From: a candidate division FCPU426 bacterium
GTDB taxonomy: Bacteria; Oederibacteriota; Muellerivitia; Muellerivitales; Muellerivitaceae
Length of the DNA: 64,000 nt
Direction of reading: 5' to 3'
NCBI GenBank assembly: GCA_963771075.1
Contig: CAVYSE010000023.1
Location: 49,821 to 113,820, forward strand
The notes beneath the pieces are model-generated. The model had not been told where the DNA came from and searched no databases. It saw nothing but the letters and a program-made list of their open reading frames with translations. Below, one piece after another: positions 1-10,541 of the stretch. The first letter of the stretch is position 1. The number at the start of each line of letters is the position of its first letter. Both the position numbers and the translations under genes were made by a program.

Positions 1-73
1 GAGGGAATCCTGGGTAAACCAATCCGTCCTTGGACCGAGGCGTTGGACGAATATCTCACCAAGGAACTCGGAA

Positions 74-820
74 TTGAAAAAGCTTGATCTATCGGTGGTG
101 ATACCGGTTTATAACGAGGAAAAACGCCTCCCCAAGACCTTGGATGAGTCCTTAAGCTACTTGAAAAAATCCAAATTGAGCCATGAAATTCTTATTGTCG
201 ATGACGGCTCCAAGGACTTGACCTTAGAAAAAGTGGAATACTTCCGAAAAAAAGGGGGAGGCAGAGCTATTCGAGTTCTAAAACAGGAAGTTAATCAAGG
301 CAAAGGGGCGGCGGTTAAAAGGGGTGCTTTGGAAGCGCAAGGAGAGATCATCCTTTACATGGACGCGGATAACGCGACCCCGCTTGATCAATTTGAAAGA
401 TTTCGACCCCAGTTCAATAAGGGGACCGATGTGGTCGTTGGGAGCCGGGCGATTGACCGAAGTATGGTGAAAGTTCATCAACCCATTTATCGGGAAGCCA
501 TGGGTAGGTTTTTTAATGTTTTGGTTCAGTTAGCGGCCACTCCGGGCCTGCAAGACACCCAATGCGGGTTCAAGGCCTTTCGGCGCAGGGCCGCCCAGGC
601 GGTATTTCCATTGCAAACGATCCACCGGTTTGGCTTTGACGTTGAAGTCCTTTATATAGCGCGCAAACAAGGCTGGTCCATGACCGAGACGCCGGTGGAA
701 TGGTTCGACGCCCCTGGATCAAAAGTCCACGTATTCCGGGATTCCTCGACCATGTTTCTGGACCTGCTACTGATCCGCTACAACGATCTTGCGGGCCGAT
801 ACAAATCAAAACCCTCCTGA
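74..820 (+). CDS. GT2 glycosyltransferase, dolichyl/undecaprenyl-phosphate beta-glucosyltransferase-like
   Basis: SVVIPVYNEE, VDDGSKD, NQGKGAAV, YMDAD, DTQCGFKAF, FGFDVEVL motifs; TTG start after GGAA. Confidence 0.9.
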   Translation: MKKLDLSVVIPVYNEEKRLPKTLDESLSYLKKSKLSHEILIVDDGSKDLTLEKVEYFRKKGGGRAIRVLKQEVNQGKGAAVKRGALEAQGEIILYMDADNATPLDQFERFRPQFNKGTDVVVGSRAIDRSMVKVHQPIYREAMGRFFNVLVQLAATPGLQDTQCGFKAFRRRAAQAVFPLQTIHRFGFDVEVLYIARKQGWSMTETPVEWFDAPGSKVHVFRDSSTMFLDLLLIRYNDLAGRYKSKPS

Positions 821-831
821 AAGGCCTCTCC

Positions 832-2283
832 ATGGATTCCGCGGAAGGCCGGGCCCGCCGAATCGGTCGAAACACACTTTTTCTCCTTTCCACGGACGTG
901 GCGGCCCGTCTGTTTTCATGGGCAGCCCTAGCTTTTCTTTGGCGTCAATGGACGGTTGAGACCTATGGCCAGTACGCCCTAATCAAAAACCTAGTGGCGG
1001 TATTCGCGACCGCTAGCGACATGGGATTGAACGCACTCACCATCCGAGAAGTGGCTTTCCGTAAGGATTTAGCCGGGTTTTATCTGCGTAATGTTATGGG
1101 AATCCGTGTGCTCTTTTCCTTAATTCTCATCGTGATACTTCTCTCCACTGGATATGTTTTGGGTTATGAGAAAACCATTCAAATTGGACTATTGATTATG
1201 GGCCTGAGGTTGCTTTTGGATTGTTCCTCGGGAGCCTATGTTTACCTTCTCCAGGCGCATGAACGGATGGGAATTCATGGGAGCATCATTATGGGAGCCA
1301 GTTTGTTTCGATTGGTAGGTACCGTCTTGGTGGTCGCCTTGGGCGGGGGTTTGACTCCGGTTTGTGCTGTTTGGGTCTTAAGCAGTGGGGTGACCTTGTT
1401 TGTGTTGGGAACCATGGGTACCCGAATGGGCTGGAAACTGGAATTTTCCATTTGGAACTGGGAAGAGGCCTACGGGGTGCTCCGGAACGCGCTTCCTCTG
1501 GCGGCTTTTGGGGCCTTTCAAATGCTTTATTACAGAGTGGACTCCATATTGCTGAAGAGTTTGAAAGGAAACGCATCGGTGGGCCTCTACGACGCTGCCG
1601 CGACTTTCTTGCTGGTGATTCTTTCCTTTTCCCAACATTTTGGGCTCTCAACTTTTCCCGTTTTTTCGACCGACCAAAACCAAAAATCGGAATTTAAGAG
1701 GTTGGCCAGGAGATCTGTAAAATTTCTGATGGTTATGGGGTTTCCTATTTCCGTTGGCGGATTCCTCCTTGCCGGGCCCTTGATGTCTTTCGTCGGTGGC
1801 TCGAAATACATTTCCTCGGCACCCGGTTTTTCCATTTTGGCCCTTTCAACGGTTCCTTTTTTTCTTTCCAATGTTTATGTGAACGTGCTCATGGTGCGAA
1901 AGCCCAAGGCGTTGGTTTATCTTTATTTATTTCTCTTCGCGTTGAATGTGGGGCTTAATCTTTTATTGATTCCACGGTGGGACACCGTGGGCGCTGCTTG
2001 GGCCACTGTATTATGCGAGATTTTTGGCGTAATGCTTGGTTTGGGTCTGATTCGAAATGACCTAAGGCTGGAAGGTTCCAAAGGTTTTTTATGGTCATTA
2101 GTCGCTTCGGGTTTGGCGGCGGGCCTAATGGGACTAGGCATCAATTGGGACCCGCGCCTCTATTGGCTATTCCTGGGACCACTAGTTTACGGCTTCGCCT
2201 TTTGGGTTTTGGGTGGTGTGGAAAAGGAGGATTGGCGGGCTCTTCGGAGTTTTGCGACCGGTAGGAAGGCTACCGTCGATTAA
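832..2283 (+). CDS. Polysaccharide flippase (Wzx/MOP family)
   Basis: Many hydrophobic segments; YGQY, DMGL..LTIREVA, LYYRVDSILL, VGLYDAA, LNLLLIP; ATG at 832 chosen over the longer ORF start at 700. Confidence 0.85.
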   Translation: MDSAEGRARRIGRNTLFLLSTDVAARLFSWAALAFLWRQWTVETYGQYALIKNLVAVFATASDMGLNALTIREVAFRKDLAGFYLRNVMGIRVLFSLILIVILLSTGYVLGYEKTIQIGLLIMGLRLLLDCSSGAYVYLLQAHERMGIHGSIIMGASLFRLVGTVLVVALGGGLTPVCAVWVLSSGVTLFVLGTMGTRMGWKLEFSIWNWEEAYGVLRNALPLAAFGAFQMLYYRVDSILLKSLKGNASVGLYDAAATFLLVILSFSQHFGLSTFPVFSTDQNQKSEFKRLARRSVKFLMVMGFPISVGGFLLAGPLMSFVGGSKYISSAPGFSILALSTVPFFLSNVYVNVLMVRKPKALVYLYLFLFALNVGLNLLLIPRWDTVGAAWATVLCEIFGVMLGLGLIRNDLRLEGSKGFLWSLVASGLAAGLMGLGINWDPRLYWLFLGPLVYGFAFWVLGGVEKEDWRALRSFATGRKATVD

Positions 2284-3052
2284 ACGGGGTGAGGTTGGAT
2301 ATTCTTGGTTTGGTGGCCGCGCAAAAGAGGGATAACCCGATGGGCTTCGGAAGGAACTTTTCGACATGCTGGGAAAACCAAACCACCCGGTCATAAAGCA
2401 TCATCTGGGATCGGGGGATGATCTTTCGCCTTAAAACCTTGCCGTTCAGCCACCAGCCGAAGATTCCCAACAGGTTCAAGAAGCGGCAATACTCCACTTG
2501 AAAACCAGCCCTCTCCATTTTTTGATAAAGATCCTTTCGGTCGTAACGCCGGAAATGACCGTAACTTTCATCCATTGATCCATATAAATAGGGAAGAGCC
2601 GGGACAAAAAACATCAATCGGCCGCCTGACGGGAGCAATTTATAGCATTCGGTTAAGACCTTTTGATCATCGGCGATGTGTTCCAAGACATTGACACAGA
2701 TGATGCTGTCAGGTTTGAAAGAGCGTAGGTGAGAAAGGGAATGATTTAAATCGATCTTTTGATAGGAAAGATTGTCATGTTCCCTCAACCGCTTTTTTGC
2801 TGAATTCAAATAGAGTTGATTGACGTCCGTGGCCAGAACCTGGCCGTGTCGGGCCAAAAAACCGGTGATATTGCCTGTGCCACATCCGATTTCCAAGATC
2901 CGATTTCCAATATAAGGGCGCAAAATACCGTAGATCCATTGATTGTAGTTGATCGCATTGGATAGATCGTCCAGGGTTTCCCTTTGACCGTCCCACCCCC
3001 TGTCATTGGGCCTATTTTTTTTCGATTTTTGGGATTTGTGATGAAGCGGCAT
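2270..3052 (-). CDS. Class I SAM-dependent methyltransferase
   Basis: ILEIGCGTG motif, NVLEHI, GHFRRY; start uncertain (ORF extends to 3085). Confidence 0.85.
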   Translation of the reverse strand: MPLHHKSQKSKKNRPNDRGWDGQRETLDDLSNAINYNQWIYGILRPYIGNRILEIGCGTGNITGFLARHGQVLATDVNQLYLNSAKKRLREHDNLSYQKIDLNHSLSHLRSFKPDSIICVNVLEHIADDQKVLTECYKLLPSGGRLMFFVPALPYLYGSMDESYGHFRRYDRKDLYQKMERAGFQVEYCRFLNLLGIFGWWLNGKVLRRKIIPRSQMMLYDRVVWFSQHVEKFLPKPIGLSLFCAATKPRISNLTPFNRR

Positions 3053-3316
3053 TCGGTTTTCGCTTTCGCCATGGCATAAAAACAATTGGTTGATTGGAAT
3101 GAGGCATCATAACATCGAGTGGGAATCAAGAGCCTGTTTTCCCTTTGTTTTCATTTGGAATTAAACACAAGGTTGGATTTTTAATCCCCTTTTCCTTGCG
3201 GCTTCTAGTCTTGGCCTGCGATAATTCAGGCTTCCTTTCGGGAACGGATGAATAATAGTGGCATTTTGGTCCCTGGATAGCGATAAAGTCATTTCAACAC
3301 GGAGCGATTCAATCCA

Positions 3317-4090
3317 ATGAAAGCGGTCATACTCGCGGGGGGGCTGGGTACCCGCATCACGGAAGAAACCCATCTCAAACCCAAACCCATGATTGAGATC
3401 GGCGGAAAGCCCATTCTTTGGCACATCCTGAAGATCTATTCCCACTACGGTATCAATGATTTTGTGATCTGCTGCGGTTATAAGGGTTACCTTATCAAGG
3501 AATATTTCGCCAATTATTTTCTTCACATGTCTGACGTGACCTTCGACATGGCCCATAACAAAATGGAGGTTCACCAGCAGAAGGCGGAACCATGGCGCGT
3601 GACCTTGGTCGATACGGGGGAGGAAACCATGACCGGTGGCCGCTTGAAGAGGGTGGCTGGCTACATCCAAAAAGAAGAATCTTTTTGCTTCACCTATGGG
3701 GATGGCGTCAGCGACGTGAATATCAAAGAACTGGTGGCCTTCCATAAAGCCCAAAAAGTAAAAGCCACCATCACCGCAACTTTGCCTCCCGGCCGTTTCG
3801 GAGCTTTGGATATCCAGGGGGACAAGGTTCGCAGTTTCAAGGAAAAGCCAAAAGGCGACGGAGCTATGATCAATGGAGGTTTTTTTGTCCTTTCGCCATC
3901 GGTTCTTGATTTGATCCAGGATGACAAAACGCTTTGGGAAAAAGAACCCCTGGAAAAATTGGCCGAATCCAACCAACTTGCCGCATACCACCATTCTGGC
4001 TTTTGGCAGCCCATGGATACCTTGCGGGATAAGGACCATTTGGAGAAGTTATGGTCTTCCGGCAAGGCTCCCTGGAAGGTCTGGGCATGA
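3317..4090 (+). CDS. rfbF: Glucose-1-phosphate cytidylyltransferase
   Basis: [54 protein letters not shown]. Confidence 0.97.
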   Translation: MKAVILAGGLGTRITEETHLKPKPMIEIGGKPILWHILKIYSHYGINDFVICCGYKGYLIKEYFANYFLHMSDVTFDMAHNKMEVHQQKAEPWRVTLVDTGEETMTGGRLKRVAGYIQKEESFCFTYGDGVSDVNIKELVAFHKAQKVKATITATLPPGRFGALDIQGDKVRSFKEKPKGDGAMINGGFFVLSPSVLDLIQDDKTLWEKEPLEKLAESNQLAAYHHSGFWQPMDTLRDKDHLEKLWSSGKAPWKVWA

Positions 4091-5166
4091 ACCCGGGTTT
4101 TTGGGCTGGTAAAAGGATATTTCTCACGGGCCATACCGGTTTTAAAGGCTCCTGGCTTTCCCTTTGGCTGCAACAGTTGGGGGCCCAGGTAACGGGTTAT
4201 GCCCTTCAACCGCCCACGAATCCCAGCCTGTTTGAGAGCGCCAAGGTTGCCGAAGGCATGAAGTCCGTCTTCGGGGATATCCGCGACTTGAGCGCCTTGA
4301 AAAAGGCCATGGGCGAGGCGAAACCTGAGATTGTGATCCATTTGGCGGCCCAGTCCTTGGTTCGGGAATCCTACAATTTTCCCGTGGAAACCTACGAGAT
4401 TAACGTGATGGGGACGGTCCATCTCCTGGAGGCCGTGCGCCAAACCCCCGGGGTTAAGGCGGTGGTCGTGGTCACAACGGACAAATGTTATGAGAACCGC
4501 GAGTGGGCCTGGGGCTATCGGGAAAATGATCCCATGGGCGGGTTTGACGTTTACAGCAACAGCAAGGGTTGCGTGGAACTGGTCTCCGCGGCTTACCGCT
4601 CTTCCTTTTTTAATCCCCAAAGCTACCAAACCCATGGGGTTGCGGTGGCCACAGCCCGAGCGGGAAATGTCATTGGGGGAGGGGATTGGGCGAAGGACCG
4701 ATTGATTCCCGATATTCTCTCCGCCTTTGAGTCGGGTCGGCCTGTTTTGATCCGTTCGCCCCATTCCATCCGTCCCTGGCAGCACGCGCTTGAGCCTCTT
4801 CGGGGCTACCTGACCCTGGCTGAGAAACTTTATCTGGATGGGCCCCTCTACGCTGAGGCTTGGAATTTCGGCCCTCAAGATGAAGATAATCTTCCGGTGG
4901 AATGGCTGGTGAAGCGTTTGGCCGAGCTTTGGGGCAAGGGCGCCCAGTGGCAAATCGACAAAGGCGAACATCCCCATGAGGCTGCATTCTTAAAGTTGGA
5001 TATTTCAAAGGCCCGGACCCGGTTGAATTGGCACCCAACCCTTCGTTTGGACAAGGCCTTAAGCCTTACGGTGGATTGGGCAAAGAAAAAGGCGGAGGGT
5101 AGAGCGCCGAAAACCCTTACCTTGGAGCAGATTCAAGCCTATCAATCGCTTATCTTGGAAAACTAA
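4087..5166 (+). CDS. rfbG: CDP-glucose 4,6-dehydratase
   Basis: [45 protein letters not shown] overlap with rfbF. Confidence 0.97.
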   Translation: MNPGFWAGKRIFLTGHTGFKGSWLSLWLQQLGAQVTGYALQPPTNPSLFESAKVAEGMKSVFGDIRDLSALKKAMGEAKPEIVIHLAAQSLVRESYNFPVETYEINVMGTVHLLEAVRQTPGVKAVVVVTTDKCYENREWAWGYRENDPMGGFDVYSNSKGCVELVSAAYRSSFFNPQSYQTHGVAVATARAGNVIGGGDWAKDRLIPDILSAFESGRPVLIRSPHSIRPWQHALEPLRGYLTLAEKLYLDGPLYAEAWNFGPQDEDNLPVEWLVKRLAELWGKGAQWQIDKGEHPHEAAFLKLDISKARTRLNWHPTLRLDKALSLTVDWAKKKAEGRAPKTLTLEQIQAYQSLILEN

Positions 5167-5191
5167 ATAATATGTTTTTATTGAGGTTCAT

Positions 5192-6514
5192 GTGACCCAA
5201 CCTAGTGATGAACTGCGCGCCCAAATACTGGCACTCTCCAAGCGTTTTCACAACACCCAATGGCCCCATAAGGATTTTGTGCCGGGAGAAAACCAGGTTC
5301 CCGTAAGCGGAAAAGTTTTCGATGGCGAGGACCTGTCCAATTTGTTGGACGCCTCGCTTGATTTCTGGCTGACCACCGGCAGGTATGCCCATGAATTTGA
5401 GAGGGGCTTTGCCGAGTTCATGGGGGTCCGTTATGCGATTCTGACGAATTCGGGATCCAGCGCCAACCTGCTGGCAGTATCATGCCTGACCTCTAAAACG
5501 CTGGGGGAGAGGCGCTTGAAACCCGGGGACGAGGTCATCACTGTCGCGGCGGGGTTTCCGACCACGGTGAACCCGATCCTGCAAAACCAATTGGTGCCTG
5601 TTTTCATAGACGTGGAGATACCGACTTATAATATCGACCCGAATCAACTAGAAGCCGCGCGAAGTCCTAAAACCCGCGCGGTTATGATGGCCCATACTTT
5701 GGGAAACCCCTTCAATGTTGAGGCAGTCCAGGCTTTTGTCAAAAAATATGACCTGTGGCTCATCGAAGATTGCTGCGACGCGGTGGGTGCCCAATATGAC
5801 GGGACCAAGTGCGGGACCTTTGGCCATATCGCTACGACCAGTTTTTATCCCGCCCACCACATCACGATGGGTGAGGGCGGAGCGGTTTTGACCAGTGACT
5901 CCAAGTTGAAAAAACTTATCGAGTCATTCCGAGATTGGGGACGGGATTGTTGGTGTGAGACCGGGCATGACAATACCTGCGGCAAGCGCTTTGATTGGAA
6001 ACTGGGTGACCTGCCCCAAGGTTATGACCATAAATACACCTATTCCGAAATTGGGTATAACCTCAAAGTGACGGATATGCAGGCCGCCATCGGTGTTTCC
6101 CAGCTCAAGAAATTACCGGGTTTTATCCAGAAAAGATTGGAAAATTTCGAATATTTAAGTAAAGGTCTCTCCGGCCTGGAGGACTATTTGATACTACCCG
6201 CGGCCACCCTGAATTCCCAACCCAGCTGGTTTGGTTTTCCCCTCGCGGTCAAAGAAAAGGCGCCTTTTACTAGGGAGCAATTGATAGCCCATCTTGACCA
6301 GGCCAAGGTCCACACCCGGCTACTGTTCGCGGGTAACATGACCCGCCAACCTGCCTATAAGGGGCTCGACTTCCGAGTGGTGGGGGACCTTCCGAATTCC
6401 GATTTCGTCATGAACCGGGTTTTCTGGATCGGGGTTTATCCGGGGTTGACGAAACCCATGTTGGAATATGTCATTGCGGTTTTTACCGCTTTTATCCAAA
6501 AATTGAAGAAATAG
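5192..6514 (+). CDS. rfbH: CDP-4-keto-6-deoxyglucose 3-dehydrase (E1, DdhC)
   Basis: [28 protein letters not shown] (His in place of the PLP Lys), [18 protein letters not shown]. Confidence 0.96.
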   Translation: MTQPSDELRAQILALSKRFHNTQWPHKDFVPGENQVPVSGKVFDGEDLSNLLDASLDFWLTTGRYAHEFERGFAEFMGVRYAILTNSGSSANLLAVSCLTSKTLGERRLKPGDEVITVAAGFPTTVNPILQNQLVPVFIDVEIPTYNIDPNQLEAARSPKTRAVMMAHTLGNPFNVEAVQAFVKKYDLWLIEDCCDAVGAQYDGTKCGTFGHIATTSFYPAHHITMGEGGAVLTSDSKLKKLIESFRDWGRDCWCETGHDNTCGKRFDWKLGDLPQGYDHKYTYSEIGYNLKVTDMQAAIGVSQLKKLPGFIQKRLENFEYLSKGLSGLEDYLILPAATLNSQPSWFGFPLAVKEKAPFTREQLIAHLDQAKVHTRLLFAGNMTRQPAYKGLDFRVVGDLPNSDFVMNRVFWIGVYPGLTKPMLEYVIAVFTAFIQKLKK

Positions 6515-6546
6515 GCCGGTAAGAGACCGAGGAGCCTTTAAAAAAC

Positions 6547-8382
6547 ATGGCTAAAATTCAAAAAAACAAACAAATCAAGGTCACTGATTACATTTTCAGC
6601 CATTTAGTGAAGATCGGCGTACGGGATATCTTCATGATTTCCGGCGGGGGAGCCATGCATCTGGTGGATTCAGTGGGGAAACAACCCGGACTGAATTACT
6701 ATTGCCCCCATCATGAACAGGCGGCTGCTATCGCCGCGGAAGGCTACGCAAGGGTTTCGGGCAAGATGGGAGTTGTAGTTGTGACCAGCGGCCCGGGCGG
6801 TACCAACACCCTCACTGGGCTCATCGGCCAATGGCTTGATTCGGCGCCATGCCTTTATCTTTCCGGCCAGATCAAGCAGGAAACCTCCATCGCCTCTTTT
6901 CCCGGTTTGGGACTCCGGCAACTGGGAGACCAGGAAATCAACATTGTGGATATGGTCAAGCCCGTAACCAAATACGCTGTAATGCTCAAGGACCCCAAGA
7001 CCATCCGCTACCACTTGGAAAAGGCTGTTTATTTGGCAACCCATGGCCGGCCAGGTCCTGTATGGCTGGATATGCCGTTGGATATCCAAGGTGCCATGAT
7101 CGATCCGGATGACTTGCCCCCTTATGATCCTAAAGAGGACGAGTTAAGGACAGATGAGTTTGAACTTAAAGAAAAGGTTTCGAAAACCATCGAGCTACTG
7201 AAAAAAGCCCAACGGCCCGTCTTTCTCGCGGGAAACGGAATCCGCATCAGCGGGGCGCAAGACCTGTTCCTGAATCTGCTGAAGGATCTTCCCATTCCCG
7301 TTCTTTCCACCTTCAATGGATTTGATCTGATCGATTCCGAGAATCCGCAATATATAGGCAGGATCGGCACAATTGGTAACCGGGCCGGCAATTTCGCCCT
7401 TCAAAACTCCGATCTTCTTCTCTGCGTTGGTTCCCGAAACAACATCCGGCAGATCAGCTATAACTGGAAGGCCTACGCTCGGGTGGCGAAAAAGGTAGTC
7501 GTGGATATCGATCCGGCCGAACTGAAAAAGCCCACCATCAAGCCGGACCTAGCCATTCAGGCTGACGCGAAGGCCTTTCTTTCGGAACTCCAAAAACAGT
7601 TGAAAAAATCATCCCTTCCCGAATTTTCCGATTGGTTGAAATGGACGCAAAAAAGGAAGAAACAATACCCAATCATCCATGCGGAGCACATGAAGACCAA
7701 GGACAAGGTTGATCCCTATTATTTTTCCAAGGTATTAAGCGAATTATTGGGCCCCAAGGCCGTAGTCGTAACGGGTAACGCCACCGCGAGCGTTGCTTAT
7801 TTCCAGGCGGGTGAAGTGAAGCAGGGCCAAAGGGTGATCTGGAACTCGGGCTGCGCCTCCATGGGTTTCGACCTCTCTGCCTCCATCGGCGCCTGCGTGG
7901 CGAACCATCAAAAAGATGTGGTCTGCCTCGCGGGGGAGGGAAGTCTGATGATGAATATTCAGGAACTTCAGACCGTCTCCCACCACCGGTTTCCCATTAA
8001 GCTCTTTGTCCTGAACAATAACGGTTACGTATCCATCAAGCAAACCCAGGAAAGTTTTTTCCAGGGCCACTACGTGGCCACCGGCCCGAAGAGCGGGGTG
8101 ACCTTCCCCGACATGGCCAAGATCGCCAAGGCTTTCCGCCTGCGTTATGAGCGAATCAAGGATCAAAAGGGTTTGAAAGCGAAATTGAGAAGCGTTCTCC
8201 GCAAAAAGGGACCGGTCTTGTGCGAGGTAATCCTGCCCGAATCCTATATCTTCTCGCCGAAACTTTCTTCCCAGCGCCTGCCGGACGGAAAGATGGTCTC
8301 CAAACCCTTGGAGGATATGTTCCCTTTCCTGGACCGGGAGGAGTTCAAGCGGAATATGCTGATCCCGGAATGGGAAGGATAG
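6547..8382 (+). CDS. ThDP-dependent enzyme (acetolactate-synthase superfamily, YerE-like carboligase)
   Basis: HHEQAAAIAAEGY, TSGPGGTN, GRPGPVWLD, GEGSLMMNIQEL..LNNNGY ThDP motif; sits directly after rfbH. Confidence 0.88.
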   Translation: MAKIQKNKQIKVTDYIFSHLVKIGVRDIFMISGGGAMHLVDSVGKQPGLNYYCPHHEQAAAIAAEGYARVSGKMGVVVVTSGPGGTNTLTGLIGQWLDSAPCLYLSGQIKQETSIASFPGLGLRQLGDQEINIVDMVKPVTKYAVMLKDPKTIRYHLEKAVYLATHGRPGPVWLDMPLDIQGAMIDPDDLPPYDPKEDELRTDEFELKEKVSKTIELLKKAQRPVFLAGNGIRISGAQDLFLNLLKDLPIPVLSTFNGFDLIDSENPQYIGRIGTIGNRAGNFALQNSDLLLCVGSRNNIRQISYNWKAYARVAKKVVVDIDPAELKKPTIKPDLAIQADAKAFLSELQKQLKKSSLPEFSDWLKWTQKRKKQYPIIHAEHMKTKDKVDPYYFSKVLSELLGPKAVVVTGNATASVAYFQAGEVKQGQRVIWNSGCASMGFDLSASIGACVANHQKDVVCLAGEGSLMMNIQELQTVSHHRFPIKLFVLNNNGYVSIKQTQESFFQGHYVATGPKSGVTFPDMAKIAKAFRLRYERIKDQKGLKAKLRSVLRKKGPVLCEVILPESYIFSPKLSSQRLPDGKMVSKPLEDMFPFLDREEFKRNMLIPEWEG

Positions 8383-8441
8383 AACTTAGACACGCAGGCT
8401 CAAATAAGCTGAATCACTTTTAAATGTGAAGGGGTGCGACG

Positions 8442-9530
8442 ATGAGAAGCGACATATTCGAGGACCTGTTCGTGCTGGAGATGGCCAACAACCATTGGGG
8501 CAAACTAGAGCGTGGAATGAAGATCATCACCGATTTTGCCCGGATCGTTCGCTTCAACAATGTCCGAGCTGCGATCAAACTCCAAGTCCGGGACGTGGAC
8601 CAATTCATTCACAAGGATTTTCGGAACAGCGATATCCGCTACATTAAAAAGACCCTCGATACCAAGGTTTCCATCGCGGACCTGACCCAAATGGCCCAGG
8701 CTGTCCGGAAAAGCGGCTGCATCCCCATGGCCACACCTTTTGACGAGCATTCGGTGGACATGTGCATGGAAATGGGGATCCAAATCATCAAGGTCGCCAG
8801 TTCCGACCTCAACGATTGGGTGTTACTGGAAAAAATAGCCAAGACCAAGAAACCCGTCATCGTCTCCACGGGCGGGTCCTCCCTGAAGGACCTAGACGAC
8901 CTGGTGACCTTTTTTGAGAATCGCAACATTCTTTTGGCGATCAACCATTGCGTTTCGGTCTATCCTTCCGAGGACAAGGAATTGGAGTTGAACCAGATCG
9001 ATTTCCTGAAAAACCGCTATCCGAACCATATCATTGGTTTTTCCACGCATGAGTATCACGACTGGATCTCTTCCATTATGATGGCCTATGCGAAAGGGGC
9101 TCGGACCTTCGAGCGACACATCGACATCCAAGCCGATAACATCCCGGTTTCGCCCTATTGCTCGCTTCCCGAGCAGGCTGACCTATGGTTTAAAGCTTAC
9201 CAAAAGGCAAAGGAAATGTGCGGGGCGAGCGGGGCCTCGAAGCGCAACCCGTCGGAAAAGGAGATCACCTACTTGGACGGACTGGTGAGGGGAATCTACG
9301 CCAAGCGCGATCTGCCTGAAGGCCATATGCTTTTGCATGAGAGGCTGGAAGAGGACATTTACCTGGCTATCCCCCTGCAAAAGGGCCAGATTTCCTGCCG
9401 GGAATTGATGAGCGGAGAGGTATTACTGAAGGCCGTCAAAAGGGATCAGCCGATCCTGATCGATTGCATCGACAGCCCTTACAGCAATAGTCCGGACTTA
9501 AAACAAATCATATACAACCGAGGAATTTAG
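8442..9530 (+). CDS. NeuB/SpsE-family PEP-dependent ulosonic acid synthase with C-terminal SAF domain
   Basis: EMANNH, TPFD, IKVASSD, PVIVSTGG, HCVSVYP, GFSTHE, FERH, RGIYAKRDL. Confidence 0.85.
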   Translation: MRSDIFEDLFVLEMANNHWGKLERGMKIITDFARIVRFNNVRAAIKLQVRDVDQFIHKDFRNSDIRYIKKTLDTKVSIADLTQMAQAVRKSGCIPMATPFDEHSVDMCMEMGIQIIKVASSDLNDWVLLEKIAKTKKPVIVSTGGSSLKDLDDLVTFFENRNILLAINHCVSVYPSEDKELELNQIDFLKNRYPNHIIGFSTHEYHDWISSIMMAYAKGARTFERHIDIQADNIPVSPYCSLPEQADLWFKAYQKAKEMCGASGASKRNPSEKEITYLDGLVRGIYAKRDLPEGHMLLHERLEEDIYLAIPLQKGQISCRELMSGEVLLKAVKRDQPILIDCIDSPYSNSPDLKQIIYNRGI

Positions 9531-9576
9531 CCCCGCCCCAAACTCCCGTAAGAATGACTTTATTTAAAGGTGCGAA

Positions 9577-10518
9577 GTGACGGACCCAAAATTAAACCTT
9601 TTCATCACCGGTGCGAATGGTTTCGTCGGTAAAAACATCTCGGAATATATCCGGTCGGTCTTCCCAGGCCGATACGCCGTCTTTGGACCTGCCCACCGGG
9701 AATTGGACCTGCTGGAAGCCGATAAGGTCGAGGCCTTCATGCGGGAAAACCGCATTGATCGCGTCATCCATTGCGCCAATGTGGGGGGATCCCGAAAAAC
9801 GGCTTATGATGCCGGAACCATCGATGTGGTGGAAAAGAATTTGCGAATGTTTTTCAACCTTGCGAGGTGCCTGGGTCCGGCGCGAAAAATGATCCACTTT
9901 GGGTCCGGCGCCCAATATGGCATGAAGCACTATCGGCCCGCCATGATGGAGGATTATTTTGGACTCCATGTCCCGGAGGACTCTTACGGGTTCTCAAAGT
10001 ATGTTATTTCCAACTATATCCAAAAGACCGATCGAATCCTGGAACTGAGAATTTTCGGGATGTTCGGAATATACGAGGATTACGACTACAAATTCATTTC
10101 GAACGCCATCGTCAAGAACCTGTTCCATCTGCCTATTGTGATCAACCAAAATGTCTATTTTGATTATATGTATATCAAGGACGCGGTGAAGTTAGTCGAG
10201 CGGTTTCTTTCAGCCGACCCGGCGCATAAGGCCTACAACTTGACTACGGGCAAGACCGTGGACCTCCTTACGATCGCGAATACGATCAATGAGGTCTCGG
10301 ATTTCAAATCCGAGATCATCGTCAAGAATTCGGGCCTGAACGTCGAATACAGCGGGGATAACCAGCGGTTGATGCGGGAAATGAAATTCGACTTCACCTC
10401 CCTGCGGGATTCGGTGAGGGAATTGGTGGGTTACTACCGGGGAATCATGCCCCAAATCGATAGGTCGCGGATCGAGACGGACGAATTCATCAAGTTCTGT
10501 AAAATAGTTAAAAACTAA
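9577..10518 (+). CDS. NAD-dependent epimerase/dehydratase/reductase (extended SDR)
   Basis: ITGANGFVG, GSGAQY, YGFSK catalytic motif. Confidence 0.88.
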   Translation: MTDPKLNLFITGANGFVGKNISEYIRSVFPGRYAVFGPAHRELDLLEADKVEAFMRENRIDRVIHCANVGGSRKTAYDAGTIDVVEKNLRMFFNLARCLGPARKMIHFGSGAQYGMKHYRPAMMEDYFGLHVPEDSYGFSKYVISNYIQKTDRILELRIFGMFGIYEDYDYKFISNAIVKNLFHLPIVINQNVYFDYMYIKDAVKLVERFLSADPAHKAYNLTTGKTVDLLTIANTINEVSDFKSEIIVKNSGLNVEYSGDNQRLMREMKFDFTSLRDSVRELVGYYRGIMPQIDRSRIETDEFIKFCKIVKN

Positions 10519-10541
10519 ATTATTTGGAAGGCGTTCCGGAC

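Noticed and set aside
3161..4977. Long minus-strand ORFs (292 and 427 aa)
   Set aside because: Antisense shadows of rfbF/rfbG with no recognisable motifs.
6547..8382. Housekeeping acetolactate synthase ilvB
   Set aside because: No ilvN/ilvC nearby; embedded in a CDP-sugar operon, so a sugar carboligase is more likely.
8442..9530. Complete sialic/legionaminic/pseudaminic acid pathway
   Set aside because: No neuA, neuC or leg/pse partner genes in the window; they could be elsewhere in the genome.
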